From Bacillota bacterium (GTDB lineage: Bacteria; Bacillota; Limnochordia; DTU080), in contig DULU01000088.1 in the NCBI GenBank assembly GCA_012840225.1, positions 6,895 to 70,894 of the forward strand: DNA of 64,000 bases, in the 5' to 3' direction. Of this stretch, positions 51,586-60,705 are shown piece by piece. The notes beneath the pieces were generated by a model, which was given only the letters and a program-made list of their open reading frames with translations, was not told the DNA's origin and searched no databases. The translations under genes were made by a program, and so were the position numbers. Position 1 is the first letter of the stretch; each line of letters opens with the position of its first letter.

Positions 51586-52845
51586 ATGAGGAGAAAAAAG
51601 CTGTTTTTGGTAATGGTGGTCTTCTGTATAGTATCGTTGGCGACGCATGCGGCCCTGGCGGCAACGGCAGAAAAACAGAAAATAGTGGTCGGTCATTTTC
51701 ATTCCTGGGTTCTCTCCGATGCCTGGAATCAGCTGGTAGCTGCGTTTAATGAAAAATATCCCGATATCGAAGTAGAGCTTTTGCACGCATTGCAGGAGGA
51801 ATACGAAGCTAAACTAAAAACACTCATAGCTGCCGGCGTAGCACCGGACTTGTTTTTTGCCGGCAGCGGTCCGGCTGCGGAACTGGCCAAACTTGGCGCA
51901 GTAGAAGATCTAACGCCTTACCTGGAGCGCGCCGGTATGAAACTGCCGTCAGCGGAATACATCCTGGGTGGTATTGCTCCGCCATATTTGTCTGACGGCA
52001 AGGTGTATGCCCTCGCTTTAGAGGCGTTGACTAGAGGTATATATATCAACATCGAACATTATCAACAGGCCGGCCTAAACACGCCCGGAATTACATGGAC
52101 ATGGAACGAATTTTTAGCCAATGCGCAAAAGCTCACTACACCTGGAACACGCTGGGGATTTGCCATTAATGCCACGACATCCTTTGGTAATCTGAATCCC
52201 GTTATCCATTCTTTTGGCGGCAGATGGTGGAATGAGAACCGTACAGAGCTTGGCTTTAATACCTCAGAATTCGAACAAGGCGTGAAATTCATCGCCGATC
52301 TGATTAATGTTTACGGCGTAACGGGAGGTAACTTCCCCAATGCCTCGGCATCGATGTATCCAAACACGCCGTCGGTCAATTATAACTTCAATCCCAACCG
52401 TGTCCCCGACTGGAGATTTTTACCTTACCCAAGGGGGAAACAGGCTGCCGGAGCGATGTCCACCGAGGGCATGCTGATGATGAAGAGTTCCAAAAACAAA
52501 GAAGCGGCTTGGAAATTCCTCGAATGGGTATTCTCTCCGGAAGGTCAACGCGCCTGGGCGATAGCCAACCGGGTCATTGTACACATTCCTACCTTGCAGG
52601 AGTATTTTGCTCCTAATGCCGGTCCGGCAGCTCGCCAGAGCTTAATACAAACCATTGTATATAATAACGAGCATAGGGTCGTAGATTCACCGCTGAACAC
52701 AGCCTGGGGTCCGGCGGTAAGGCTGATAGAGGAAAATGTGCGCGCCGCCTTCAGGGGCGAAATTTCACCCAGGCAGGCTATAGAGTCGGCCTGGGAGGCT
52801 TGCGTCGCCGAACTGAACATGCTGAAAGCGCAGACCGGACTATGA
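51586..52845 (+). CDS. Sugar ABC transporter substrate-binding protein (family 1), orphan
   Basis: AFNEKYPDIEV, LIAAGVAPDLF, DGKVYAL, WTWNEF, KEAAWKFLEW; RBS AAGGAGGT. Confidence 0.9.
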   Translation: MRRKKLFLVMVVFCIVSLATHAALAATAEKQKIVVGHFHSWVLSDAWNQLVAAFNEKYPDIEVELLHALQEEYEAKLKTLIAAGVAPDLFFAGSGPAAELAKLGAVEDLTPYLERAGMKLPSAEYILGGIAPPYLSDGKVYALALEALTRGIYINIEHYQQAGLNTPGITWTWNEFLANAQKLTTPGTRWGFAINATTSFGNLNPVIHSFGGRWWNENRTELGFNTSEFEQGVKFIADLINVYGVTGGNFPNASASMYPNTPSVNYNFNPNRVPDWRFLPYPRGKQAAGAMSTEGMLMMKSSKNKEAAWKFLEWVFSPEGQRAWAIANRVIVHIPTLQEYFAPNAGPAARQSLIQTIVYNNEHRVVDSPLNTAWGPAVRLIEENVRAAFRGEISPRQAIESAWEACVAELNMLKAQTGL

Positions 52846-52909
52846 CGAGACGGCCGACCGGCGGCTATTTCCGCCATAGCTCATAGCCGCCATATTGCCC
52901 ATCTACTGC

Positions 52910-52959
52910 GGCGCAGGTTGGTCGAGGGCTTCACTTGAGGTCACCAACCTGCGCCTTTT
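52910..52959 (+). terminator. Rho-independent terminator
   Basis: GGCGCAGGTTGGT...ACCAACCTGCGCC-TTTT. Confidence 0.75.
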
Positions 52960-52967
52960 GTTCCGGG

Positions 52968-52997
52968 TTTACCAAAGCCTTTTCGAAGTGATATAAT
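52968..52997 (+). promoter_or_regulatory. sigmaA promoter of the hom operon
   Basis: TTTACC-N18-TATAAT with extended TGn. Confidence 0.6.
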
Positions 52998-53123
52998 AAG
53001 CAAATAATGCCATGGCCAACAACCTGTCCACTTTCTCCTCTAGCCGGCTATATACGGCGGCGGCCCTGGTTTTCTGCATAGAGCTAAGAGTTAAAAGAGC
53101 TAAAACATTGGTAGGAGCGGGTT

Positions 53124-54431
53124 ATGGTGAAACCAATTAAAATCGCCCTTTTGGGTTTAGGCAATGTCGGTGCGGGAGTCTGGCGCATCCTGCAGCAAAA
53201 CGGGGCAGCTATCGCCGGCCGGGCCGGCGGCCCCCTGGAGATTGTCGGTATCGCCGTCCGGGATGTTAACAAAACCAGACTGGTAGATGTGCCCGCAGCC
53301 CTGCTGACAACCGATCCGATGCCCCTGATCGCCGATCCCGACATCCCCATCGTGGTGGAGACCATCGGCTGCCCCGGTGGCGACACCGGTCCTGCCGGGC
53401 GTTTTATCATAGAGGCTTTGAAGAGAGGCAAGCATGTCGTTACCGCCAACAAGGAAGCCCTGGCCAAACATGGGGCGGCCTTTTTCCGGGCCGCGGCGGA
53501 AGGCGGGGGTAGCCTATATTACGAAGGAGCAGTGGCCGGCGGTATCCCGATAGTGAAAGCCTTTAAGGAGTCTCTGGCGGCCAACCAGGTGCAAACCATC
53601 ATGGGCATCATCAACGGCACCACCAATTATATGTTGACTCGCATGGACAAAGAAGGTTTGGAGTTTGCCGATGTGCTGGCCCAAGCGCAAAAGCTGGGCT
53701 ATGCCGAAGCCGACCCCACCTCCGATGTGGAAGGGCACGATGCCGCCTATAAGCTGGCCCTGCTGGCCTCCATCGCCTTCGAAGCCGAGATCAACATCGA
53801 TGATGTATACCGCGAAGGCATCACCCGCATCACCGCCGAAGATCTGCAGAGCGCCCGTGAGCTCGGCTTTGCCGTCAAACTTTTGGCCATCGCCAAGCAG
53901 GATGCCACCGGAATTGAGGCCAGGGTGCATCCCACCCTCATCCCGCTGAGCCATCCACTGGCGGCGGTCGGTGACGTGTTCAATGCCGTCTTTGTGCAAG
54001 GCGATGCTGTGGGTGATCTGATGTTCTATGGTAGGGGAGCCGGCATGATGCCCACAGGCAGCGCCGTGGTCGCCGACTGCATTGATGCCGCATTGAACAT
54101 CAGACGGGGTGTCGGTGCGCCGCGCAACGGCCGGCCGCCGGAGCGCAAAGCCATCAAACCGATCGAAGAAGTGACCGCGCGTTTTTATCTCAACTTCAAG
54201 GTGATCGACCGGCCCGGCGTGCTGGCCGCCATCGCGTCGATCCTGGGGCAAAACAACGTCAGCATCGAATCCGTCATACAAAAAGGCCGCCGTCAGGACC
54301 CTGTGGGGTTGGTGATCGTCACGCACAGCGTGCTGGAGCGGGATATCCGCCGGGCGCTCGCCGCCATCAGCGAACTTTCCATGGTCAGAGCCATAGCCAA
54401 CGTCATGCGCGTGGAAGGAGAGAATTCATAG
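53124..54431 (+). CDS. hom: Homoserine dehydrogenase (with ACT domain)
   Basis: GLGNVG, VVTANK, GIINGTTNY, GYAEADP, GRGAG. Confidence 0.96.
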   Translation: MVKPIKIALLGLGNVGAGVWRILQQNGAAIAGRAGGPLEIVGIAVRDVNKTRLVDVPAALLTTDPMPLIADPDIPIVVETIGCPGGDTGPAGRFIIEALKRGKHVVTANKEALAKHGAAFFRAAAEGGGSLYYEGAVAGGIPIVKAFKESLAANQVQTIMGIINGTTNYMLTRMDKEGLEFADVLAQAQKLGYAEADPTSDVEGHDAAYKLALLASIAFEAEINIDDVYREGITRITAEDLQSARELGFAVKLLAIAKQDATGIEARVHPTLIPLSHPLAAVGDVFNAVFVQGDAVGDLMFYGRGAGMMPTGSAVVADCIDAALNIRRGVGAPRNGRPPERKAIKPIEEVTARFYLNFKVIDRPGVLAAIASILGQNNVSIESVIQKGRRQDPVGLVIVTHSVLERDIRRALAAISELSMVRAIANVMRVEGENS

Positions 54432-55505
54432 ATGACCTGGCAGGGAATTATCCATCAATATCGGGAGTATCTGCCTGTAAGCAAAGACACTCCCATCGTC
54501 ACCCTTCTCGAAGGCAACACCCCGCTCATACCTGCGGATAACCTGGTGCGCCGGGCCGGCCTGCCGGGCGACACCAAGCTGTTTTTGAAATATGAAGGGC
54601 TCAACCCTACCGGGTCGTTTAAAGATCGGGGCATGACCATGGCCCTCAGCAAAGCCGTGGAGGCAGGCGCCCGGGCAGTGATGTGCGCCTCCACCGGCAA
54701 CACCTCCGCCTCCGCCGCCGCTTATGCCGCCAGAGCCGGGATCAAGGCCATTGTGCTGATTCCCGACGGCCACATCGCCCTCGGCAAGCTGAGCCAGGCC
54801 TTGGTGCATGGGGCAGTGGTGCTGGCGATTAAAGGCAATTTCGATGCCGCCTTGCGCATGGCCAGAGAACTGACGGAGAAGTATCCTATCACATTAGTCA
54901 ACTCGATCAATCCCTACCGCATCGAAGGGCAAAAAAGTGCCGCCTTCGAGATCTGCGACCGTTTGGGGAAGGCCCCCGACATACTGGCCATCCCGGTCGG
55001 CAACGCCGGCAACATCACCGCCTACTGGAAAGGCTTTAAGCAATATAAGGAAGCCGGACGCATAACCGCCCTACCGAAAATGTGGGGCTTTCAGGCGGAG
55101 GGAGCCGCGCCGATCGTCTTGGGCCGGCCCGTGCCCAACCCGGAAACCATAGCCACCGCCATCAGGATCGGCAATCCGGCCAGCTGGCAGGGGGCCACAG
55201 CCGCTCGCGATGAATCGGGCGGTCTGATCACTTCCATCACGGACAAAGAGATTCTGGAAGCATATCATTTATTGGCTGAGAGCGAAGGCGTCTTCTGCGA
55301 ACCGGCTTCGGCCGCCTCGGTCGCCGGGGTGCTGAAGATGGTCCGCACCGGCCGCTTGCCCGCCGCCGCCACCATTGTCTGTGTCTTGACCGGACACGGG
55401 CTCAAAGATCCGGACCGGGCCATCGCCGAAAGTACCGGTCCCAGGATGGCGGAAGCAGCGGCGGAAGCCGTGGTGGATATTGTCTTGAAGGAGATTGAAC
55501 AGTGA
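54432..55505 (+). CDS. thrC: Threonine synthase
   Basis: [35 protein letters not shown]. Confidence 0.96.
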   Translation: MTWQGIIHQYREYLPVSKDTPIVTLLEGNTPLIPADNLVRRAGLPGDTKLFLKYEGLNPTGSFKDRGMTMALSKAVEAGARAVMCASTGNTSASAAAYAARAGIKAIVLIPDGHIALGKLSQALVHGAVVLAIKGNFDAALRMARELTEKYPITLVNSINPYRIEGQKSAAFEICDRLGKAPDILAIPVGNAGNITAYWKGFKQYKEAGRITALPKMWGFQAEGAAPIVLGRPVPNPETIATAIRIGNPASWQGATAARDESGGLITSITDKEILEAYHLLAESEGVFCEPASAASVAGVLKMVRTGRLPAAATIVCVLTGHGLKDPDRAIAESTGPRMAEAAAEAVVDIVLKEIEQ

Positions 55506-56443
55506 TACCCATGCGGGTGGTAGTGGAAGTTCCGGCCAGCACAGCCAATCTGGGACCCGGTCTGGATGCTCTCGGCTTGGCTTTGGACATCAAAAACCGC
55601 TATGTTTTCACCGCCGGCGAAGACGGTCCGGATATAGAAATATATGGAGAAGGAGAAGGGGAGCTACCCACCGATCACCACCATCCGGGATACCGAGCCT
55701 GTATGGAGTGCCTGGCGGAGTGGCAGGTGCCCATCCATGGTCTCTCCATCAGGCAGACGAACCACGTGCCCTATTCGGGAGGACTGGGCAACAGCGCCAC
55801 CGCCGTGGTCGCCGGCCTCCTGGCGGCTTACAAGTTGGCCGACCGCCCCATCGATACCCACGACATACTGCAAAAAGCCGCCAGGATGGAAGGGCATCCC
55901 GACAATGTGGTACCGGCTTATTTAGGCGGTCTCTCCGTCAGCGTCGTCGACGCCTCCGGCCGGATCGTGACGAACAGCATAAAGCCTCCGGACGATCTGC
56001 AGATTATACTGACCGTACCCCGCTTCACATTAAGCACCTCCCGCTCGCGGAAAGCCTTACCCGCCCAGGTGCCGCTGAAAGACGCCTTATATAATGTCGG
56101 ACGCACCGGGCTTTTGGTGACCGCCCTCTCCGCCGGCAGGTATGATCTGCTGGGGGAAGCTATGGACGATCGCCTGCACCAGCCGTACCGGGCAGCATTG
56201 GTGCCCGGGCTGATGCAGGTATGCCGGGCGGCGAGAGCGGCTGGGGCGGCCGGGGCGGCGCTGTCAGGTTCAGGCCCCACCGTATTGGCCTTCTGCTGCC
56301 GCCACCAGTGCGATCCCGACGCCGTCGGCCAGGCCATGGTGGCTGCTTTTGCCGAAAACAACATCCCGGCTTACCACCTGGTGGTCGAACCGAATTACGA
56401 AGGAGCGGTGGTGTTTACCACCAGCAGCGTCGCTGTTGGTTAG
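55502..56443 (+). CDS. thrB: Homoserine kinase
   Basis: [30 protein letters not shown]. Confidence 0.95.
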   Translation: MIPMRVVVEVPASTANLGPGLDALGLALDIKNRYVFTAGEDGPDIEIYGEGEGELPTDHHHPGYRACMECLAEWQVPIHGLSIRQTNHVPYSGGLGNSATAVVAGLLAAYKLADRPIDTHDILQKAARMEGHPDNVVPAYLGGLSVSVVDASGRIVTNSIKPPDDLQIILTVPRFTLSTSRSRKALPAQVPLKDALYNVGRTGLLVTALSAGRYDLLGEAMDDRLHQPYRAALVPGLMQVCRAARAAGAAGAALSGSGPTVLAFCCRHQCDPDAVGQAMVAAFAENNIPAYHLVVEPNYEGAVVFTTSSVAVG

Positions 56444-56482
56444 GTTAGCGATTAGGCATTCAAAACAAGGAGTGATATCCCT

Positions 56483-57706
56483 TTGCGCATCATGGTGCAA
56501 AAATTTGGCGGCAGCTCGGTGAAGGACGCCGACCGCATCAAAGCTGTGGCCCGCCGGGTGATCAACGCCAAGGAAGAAGGATGGCATGTGGTAGTGGTGG
56601 TATCGGCCATGGGAGATACCACCGATGAATTGATCGCCAAAGCCAAACAGATCACGGCCCGCCCGCCGCGTCGGGAGATGGATATGCTGCTGGCCACAGG
56701 GGAACAAGTGTCGATCGCCCTGGTGGCCATGGCCATCGATAGCCTTGGCTATCCCGTGGTCTCTCTGACCGGGGCGCAGGCCGGCATCGTCACCGATAAC
56801 GTGCATACCAAAGCCCGCATCCAGCAAGTGGGTGCCGAGCGGGTCCGCAAAGAGCTGAACGACGGCCGCATCGTCATCGTGGCCGGATTCCAGGGCATCA
56901 ATGCGGAAAACGACATAACCACCCTGGGAAGGGGCGGTTCCGACACTACGGCGGTAGCCCTGGCCGCAGCTTTGTCGGCCGAGGTCTGCGAGATATATAC
57001 CGATGTGGACGGCGTTTACACTGCCGATCCCCGCATTGTGCCCGATGCCCGCCGCCTGGACGACATCTCCTACAGCGAAATGCTGGAAATGGCCAGCTTG
57101 GGCGCGGTGGTTTTGCAACCGAGAGCCGTGGAGTATGCCGCCATGCACGGGGTCAGGATTTACGTGCGCAACAGCTACAACAACAACAGGGGAACTTATG
57201 TACAGGAGGAGCGCGTCATGGAAAAAGATATGGTAGTGGTGGGTGTGGCCCACGACACCAATACGGCGAAAATATCCATCACCGGAGTACCGGACAAACC
57301 GGGTGTGGCTTACCGCCTGTTCTCCCGTATGGCTGCCGAAAACATCAATGTGGATATGATCGTGCAGACGACCAAGGCTGACGGCCTGGCAGACATTGCC
57401 TTCACCACCAGCAGGGACGACGCGCAGAAGGCCTGCGAAATTGTGGAAAACGTTAAAAACGAATTGAACGCCGAGAGCGTCCGCCTCAATGAAACCGTGG
57501 CGAAAATATCCATAGTAGGCGCCGGCATGGTCACCAATCCGGGTGTGGCCGCCCGCATGTTTGAAGCCCTGGCCGAGGAGAACATCAATATCCATATCAT
57601 CAGCACCTCCGAGATCAAGGTGTCATGCCTGATAGATGAAGACCGGATCAAGGACGCGGTGCGGGCCGTACATGCCAAATTCGGGCTGGTGGCCGCCACG
57701 GCATAA
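56483..57706 (+). CDS. lysC: Aspartate kinase
   Basis: [21 protein letters not shown], two ACT domains. Confidence 0.95.
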   Translation: MRIMVQKFGGSSVKDADRIKAVARRVINAKEEGWHVVVVVSAMGDTTDELIAKAKQITARPPRREMDMLLATGEQVSIALVAMAIDSLGYPVVSLTGAQAGIVTDNVHTKARIQQVGAERVRKELNDGRIVIVAGFQGINAENDITTLGRGGSDTTAVALAAALSAEVCEIYTDVDGVYTADPRIVPDARRLDDISYSEMLEMASLGAVVLQPRAVEYAAMHGVRIYVRNSYNNNRGTYVQEERVMEKDMVVVGVAHDTNTAKISITGVPDKPGVAYRLFSRMAAENINVDMIVQTTKADGLADIAFTTSRDDAQKACEIVENVKNELNAESVRLNETVAKISIVGAGMVTNPGVAARMFEALAEENINIHIISTSEIKVSCLIDEDRIKDAVRAVHAKFGLVAATA

Positions 57707-57751
57707 AATAAAACAGCTCAACTTCTTGGCCAATCAACCATGCGTTATGGC

Positions 57752-57780
57752 TTGTAAAACTGCGCCGGATATGCTATCCT
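57752..57780 (+). promoter_or_regulatory. sigmaA promoter of tRNA-Pro
   Basis: TTGTAA-N17-TATCCT with extended TGn. Confidence 0.6.
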
Positions 57781-57802
57781 GTTTAATGTGACAGTGATGT
57801 GT

Positions 57803-57881
57803 CGGGCTGTGGCGCAGCTTGGCTTAGCGCGCTTGACTGGGGGTCAAGAGGTCGCTGGTTCGAATCCAGTCAGCCCGACCA
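57803..57881 (+). tRNA. tRNA-Pro (anticodon GGG)
   Basis: Acceptor CGGGCTG/CAGCCCG, anticodon arm CTTGA-CTGGGGG-TCAAG, TTCGAAT, encoded CCA. Confidence 0.96.
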
Positions 57882-57896
57882 GGAAAACACAAGCTA

Positions 57897-57923
57897 GAAG
57901 CCCTACCGTTATGGTAGGGCTTC
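57897..57923. terminator. Perfect hairpin after tRNA-Pro
   Basis: GAAGCCCTACC-GTTAT-GGTAGGGCTTC. Confidence 0.65.
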
Positions 57924-58163
57924 AGCGTTTAGTTGGGTAGGAGTTACCCGGTGATTACACTGTTGCTGGTTAAGGAAGTAAGCATATGTACCTGCGGGCA
58001 GGCGCTGATGATTTTTTCTCATGGAGATAATAGCTTGATCGGCTTCATCAGGTGTCATCAAACCCGCTGACGACCTCCTAGTACAACATAGCTTGGAGAA
58101 TGTGCATCACACCACCGTAATGCATGTATGAGAGTGGTCCCGCATCAGAGATTAAGATACTAG

Positions 58164-58598
58164 ATGACATCATCCGCCTCCGTTGGATGCCGGAGCGGCA
58201 TAATATCGGCATTCATCCCAATTCGCTCAAGAGCGGTTTGCAGTCTTGCAAAACTTACTTTACCAGCTTCATACTTGGTTCCGCCTATCCAAAATGGGAC
58301 CTCCAATTTGATACGTGTTTTGGCCGGTCAGGATGATACTGAGGTCGTATTTGACGACGGCACTTTGGTGCCGATTGTCGTGAACCTGGACTCAGGTCAG
58401 TTTGCTGATTTCTTTTTCGAGATTACTGTGCATGTAGTCAGTAATAAGCCGGTATATGTCGGCCAGTATGGCAGCGGCGAACTCCGTGACCCGGCGAACG
58501 ATAATCGCGCCCCCTTTTTTATGCAAATCATTCCCACCGATCGGTTTCTTAGGGAGCATCCAAGCACCTCATCCGGACTTGGTAAACAATCAGGGTAG
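58164..58598 (+). pseudogene. Truncated remnant of an IgGFc-binding-domain gene (paralog of 60706-62004)
   Basis: YLVPPIQNGTSNLIRVLA...YVGQYGSG...PFFMQIIPTDRFLREH aligns with YLIPPLQNGTANLVRVLA...YVGQYGSG...PFFMQIIPTNRFLTEH; both ends missing. Confidence 0.8.
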
Positions 58599-58603
58599 AC
58601 TCA

Positions 58604-58850
58604 TTAACGATTGCCGCGCAGCGCACGGCTGATGGCGAAGTATTCCTCTTCCAATTGTTTCACCTTGTCCGGGTCGTTGGTGGCGGCACTCAATTGGCCG
58701 GAGAGCCAGGCCAACCGGTTCTCCAGCACCAGTCGCTCATCCGCCGACATAGCCATAGCTGCATCAGCAGCCTGCTCAGAAGCGACAGGTTCTCCTCTAT
58801 GTGGTGCGCTGTCGGCTGTGCCGGACGGCTTCTTGTGCCCGCCGCCAGTT
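58604..58850 (-). pseudogene. Out-of-frame C-terminal extension of the ABC-F gene
   Basis: The +1 frame reads ...MSADERLVLENRLAWLSGQLSAATNDPDKVKQLEEEYFAISRALRGNR*, resembling the VmlR-type C-terminal helical extension. Confidence 0.7.
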
Positions 58851-60398
58851 CATGTATTCGTTGAACGTACCTGGATACACCTCAATGCGCTCGTCCCTGA
58901 TGCACAGCACTTTGGTGCAGACGTTTTGGATCAGGTAGCGGTCGTGCGACACCACCAGAATGGTGCCATCGTAGGCGCGCAAGGCTTCTTCCAGCTTCTC
59001 CCGCGCCGGTAAGTCGAGGTGGTTGGTAGGCTCATCCAATACCAGGACGTTGTATCCGCACAAAAGGAGACGGATTAAAGCCACCCGCTTTCTTTCGCCG
59101 TAGCTCAAAGCTTGCAGCGGCTTGCACCAGGTCTCTTGCGGGAAGAGAAACGAGGCCAGCAAGTAGCAGGTGCGTTGTCGTCCTTCCGGAGTGCGGACAG
59201 GCAGGAGCGACAAGACACCATCCAGCAAGGTGGCTGACAGGTCAAGGCTCTCCATCTCCTGCTCCAGGTAACCCGGTCGCAGGCTGGGAGTGCGCCACAC
59301 GTTGCCCCAGGTGGGCTGCTCTTCTCCGAGCAGCAAGCGAAGCAAGGTCGTTTTACCGGCGCCGTTTGGGCCGATGATGCCCACCTTTTCACCGTGCAGA
59401 ATGGCGAAGTCGGCGTGACGGAAAAGCGGACGGCTGTAGGCGTGACCCAAATCGGTGGCCAAAAACACCCGGTTTCCTGTGCGCTGCTCCTGATCCAGTT
59501 GCAGCGATATGGCTGCTTGTGCCTTGGGCTTTTCAACACTGCGCTCTTTTAGGCGCTCCAGCCGCTTGATGGTGGCCTTGGCTCGCTGCGCTCCCTTTTT
59601 TGCCTTGCTCCGGTAGAAGTCATGCTGGCCGGCCCGGCGATGCGCCGCCAAAAACCAGCGCATTTGCCGGTCGATGGCTGCCTCAATGCGCTTTATTTCC
59701 CGCTGGGTATTGGTGTAATTGCGCAGTTGCTGCTGGAAAGCGGCTTCCTTCTGCTGCCGGTAATTGTCGTAGTTGCCGTTGTATGCGGTGATGCCGTTCG
59801 GTGAGAGTTCGAGTATCCTCCCGGCTACCTGGTTGAGAAAGTAGCGGTCGTGGGAGATCACCAGCACAGTGTGTGGGTAGTCCCGCACGAACCCTTCCAG
59901 CCACGCTATGCCTTCATAATCGAGGTGATTGGTGGGCTCATCGAGCAGCAGTAGGTCCGGTAGCGACAGCCATATGCGGGCCAAAGCCAGCCGGGTTTTC
60001 TGCCCACCGCTTAAGTGCTCAGCCGGCAGGTTGGCATCTGCACCACTAAACCCGAAGCGGGCGAGCGCTTCGGCTGCGGTAGCGCGGGCAGCTGCACCTA
60101 GCATCGCTTCTTCGGCGGACAACACAGCAACCGCTGTGGCAGCAGGACCAAACTCCGGGTATTGGGGTAGGTAGCCGCACGTAACACGGTCGGAAAGATA
60201 GGTGACTGAACCGAATGTGGGCTCATCAAGGCCGGCCAAAATGCGGAACAGCGTGCTCTTGCCGACGCCATTCGGTCCCACCAGGGCGGCCTTTTCACCT
60301 GTGCTCAATATAAAATTCACGTTGTGGAAAACGGTGTACCAGCCAAAGCTCTTGGCCAGGTTGGTCACGCGCAACAGAGTCTGAGACAAAGCGAACAC
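58797..60398 (-). CDS. ABC-F ATPase, ribosomal protection-like (VmlR/CplR-like)
   Basis: Two NBDs (GPNGVGKST/LSGGQ/LDEPTNHLD; GPNGAGKTT/LSYGE/LDEPTNHLD), no TM, linker WFLAAHRRAGQHDFYRSKAKK; start GTG 60398 or TTG 60389. Confidence 0.88.
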   Translation of the reverse strand: MFALSQTLLRVTNLAKSFGWYTVFHNVNFILSTGEKAALVGPNGVGKSTLFRILAGLDEPTFGSVTYLSDRVTCGYLPQYPEFGPAATAVAVLSAEEAMLGAAARATAAEALARFGFSGADANLPAEHLSGGQKTRLALARIWLSLPDLLLLDEPTNHLDYEGIAWLEGFVRDYPHTVLVISHDRYFLNQVAGRILELSPNGITAYNGNYDNYRQQKEAAFQQQLRNYTNTQREIKRIEAAIDRQMRWFLAAHRRAGQHDFYRSKAKKGAQRAKATIKRLERLKERSVEKPKAQAAISLQLDQEQRTGNRVFLATDLGHAYSRPLFRHADFAILHGEKVGIIGPNGAGKTTLLRLLLGEEQPTWGNVWRTPSLRPGYLEQEMESLDLSATLLDGVLSLLPVRTPEGRQRTCYLLASFLFPQETWCKPLQALSYGERKRVALIRLLLCGYNVLVLDEPTNHLDLPAREKLEEALRAYDGTILVVSHDRYLIQNVCTKVLCIRDERIEVYPGTFNEYMNWRRAQEAVRHSRQRTT

Positions 60399-60657
60399 CC
60401 CCGGATTTTACTGGGGGTGAGAGCATCAGCAGCGCGTGAACACAATCCCACACCGGCTAGGTGGGGGAGAAAGAGGGACCTATCTTAGCAGCGGCTGCTG
60501 CAGCTCTCACCCGAGATTTGCTTTGGAGTCAGAGCTGATGTAAATCCGCATTTGCGTCTCCTTGCGCGTGCCCGCCGGGATTCGCAGCCGGTAGAACAAC
60601 CGGCCGCATTCAGAAGTTTACCACGAATCGAGTGATGGCACAAGAGCGCTGTTACAC

Positions 60658-60705
60658 CAGCGCCAAACCACGCAACAGCACCAAACCACGCAACAGCGCC
60701 AAACC
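60658..60705. repeat. 18-bp tandem repeat (about 2.7 copies)
   Basis: CAGCGCCAAACCACGCAA CAGCACCAAACCACGCAA CAGCGCCAAACC. Confidence 0.85.

Noticed and set aside
52998..53123. T-box or lysine/SAM riboswitch before hom (also checked before argS and aroH)
   Set aside because: Leaders are short, and no T-box (GGTGGNACCGCG) or riboswitch core motifs were seen
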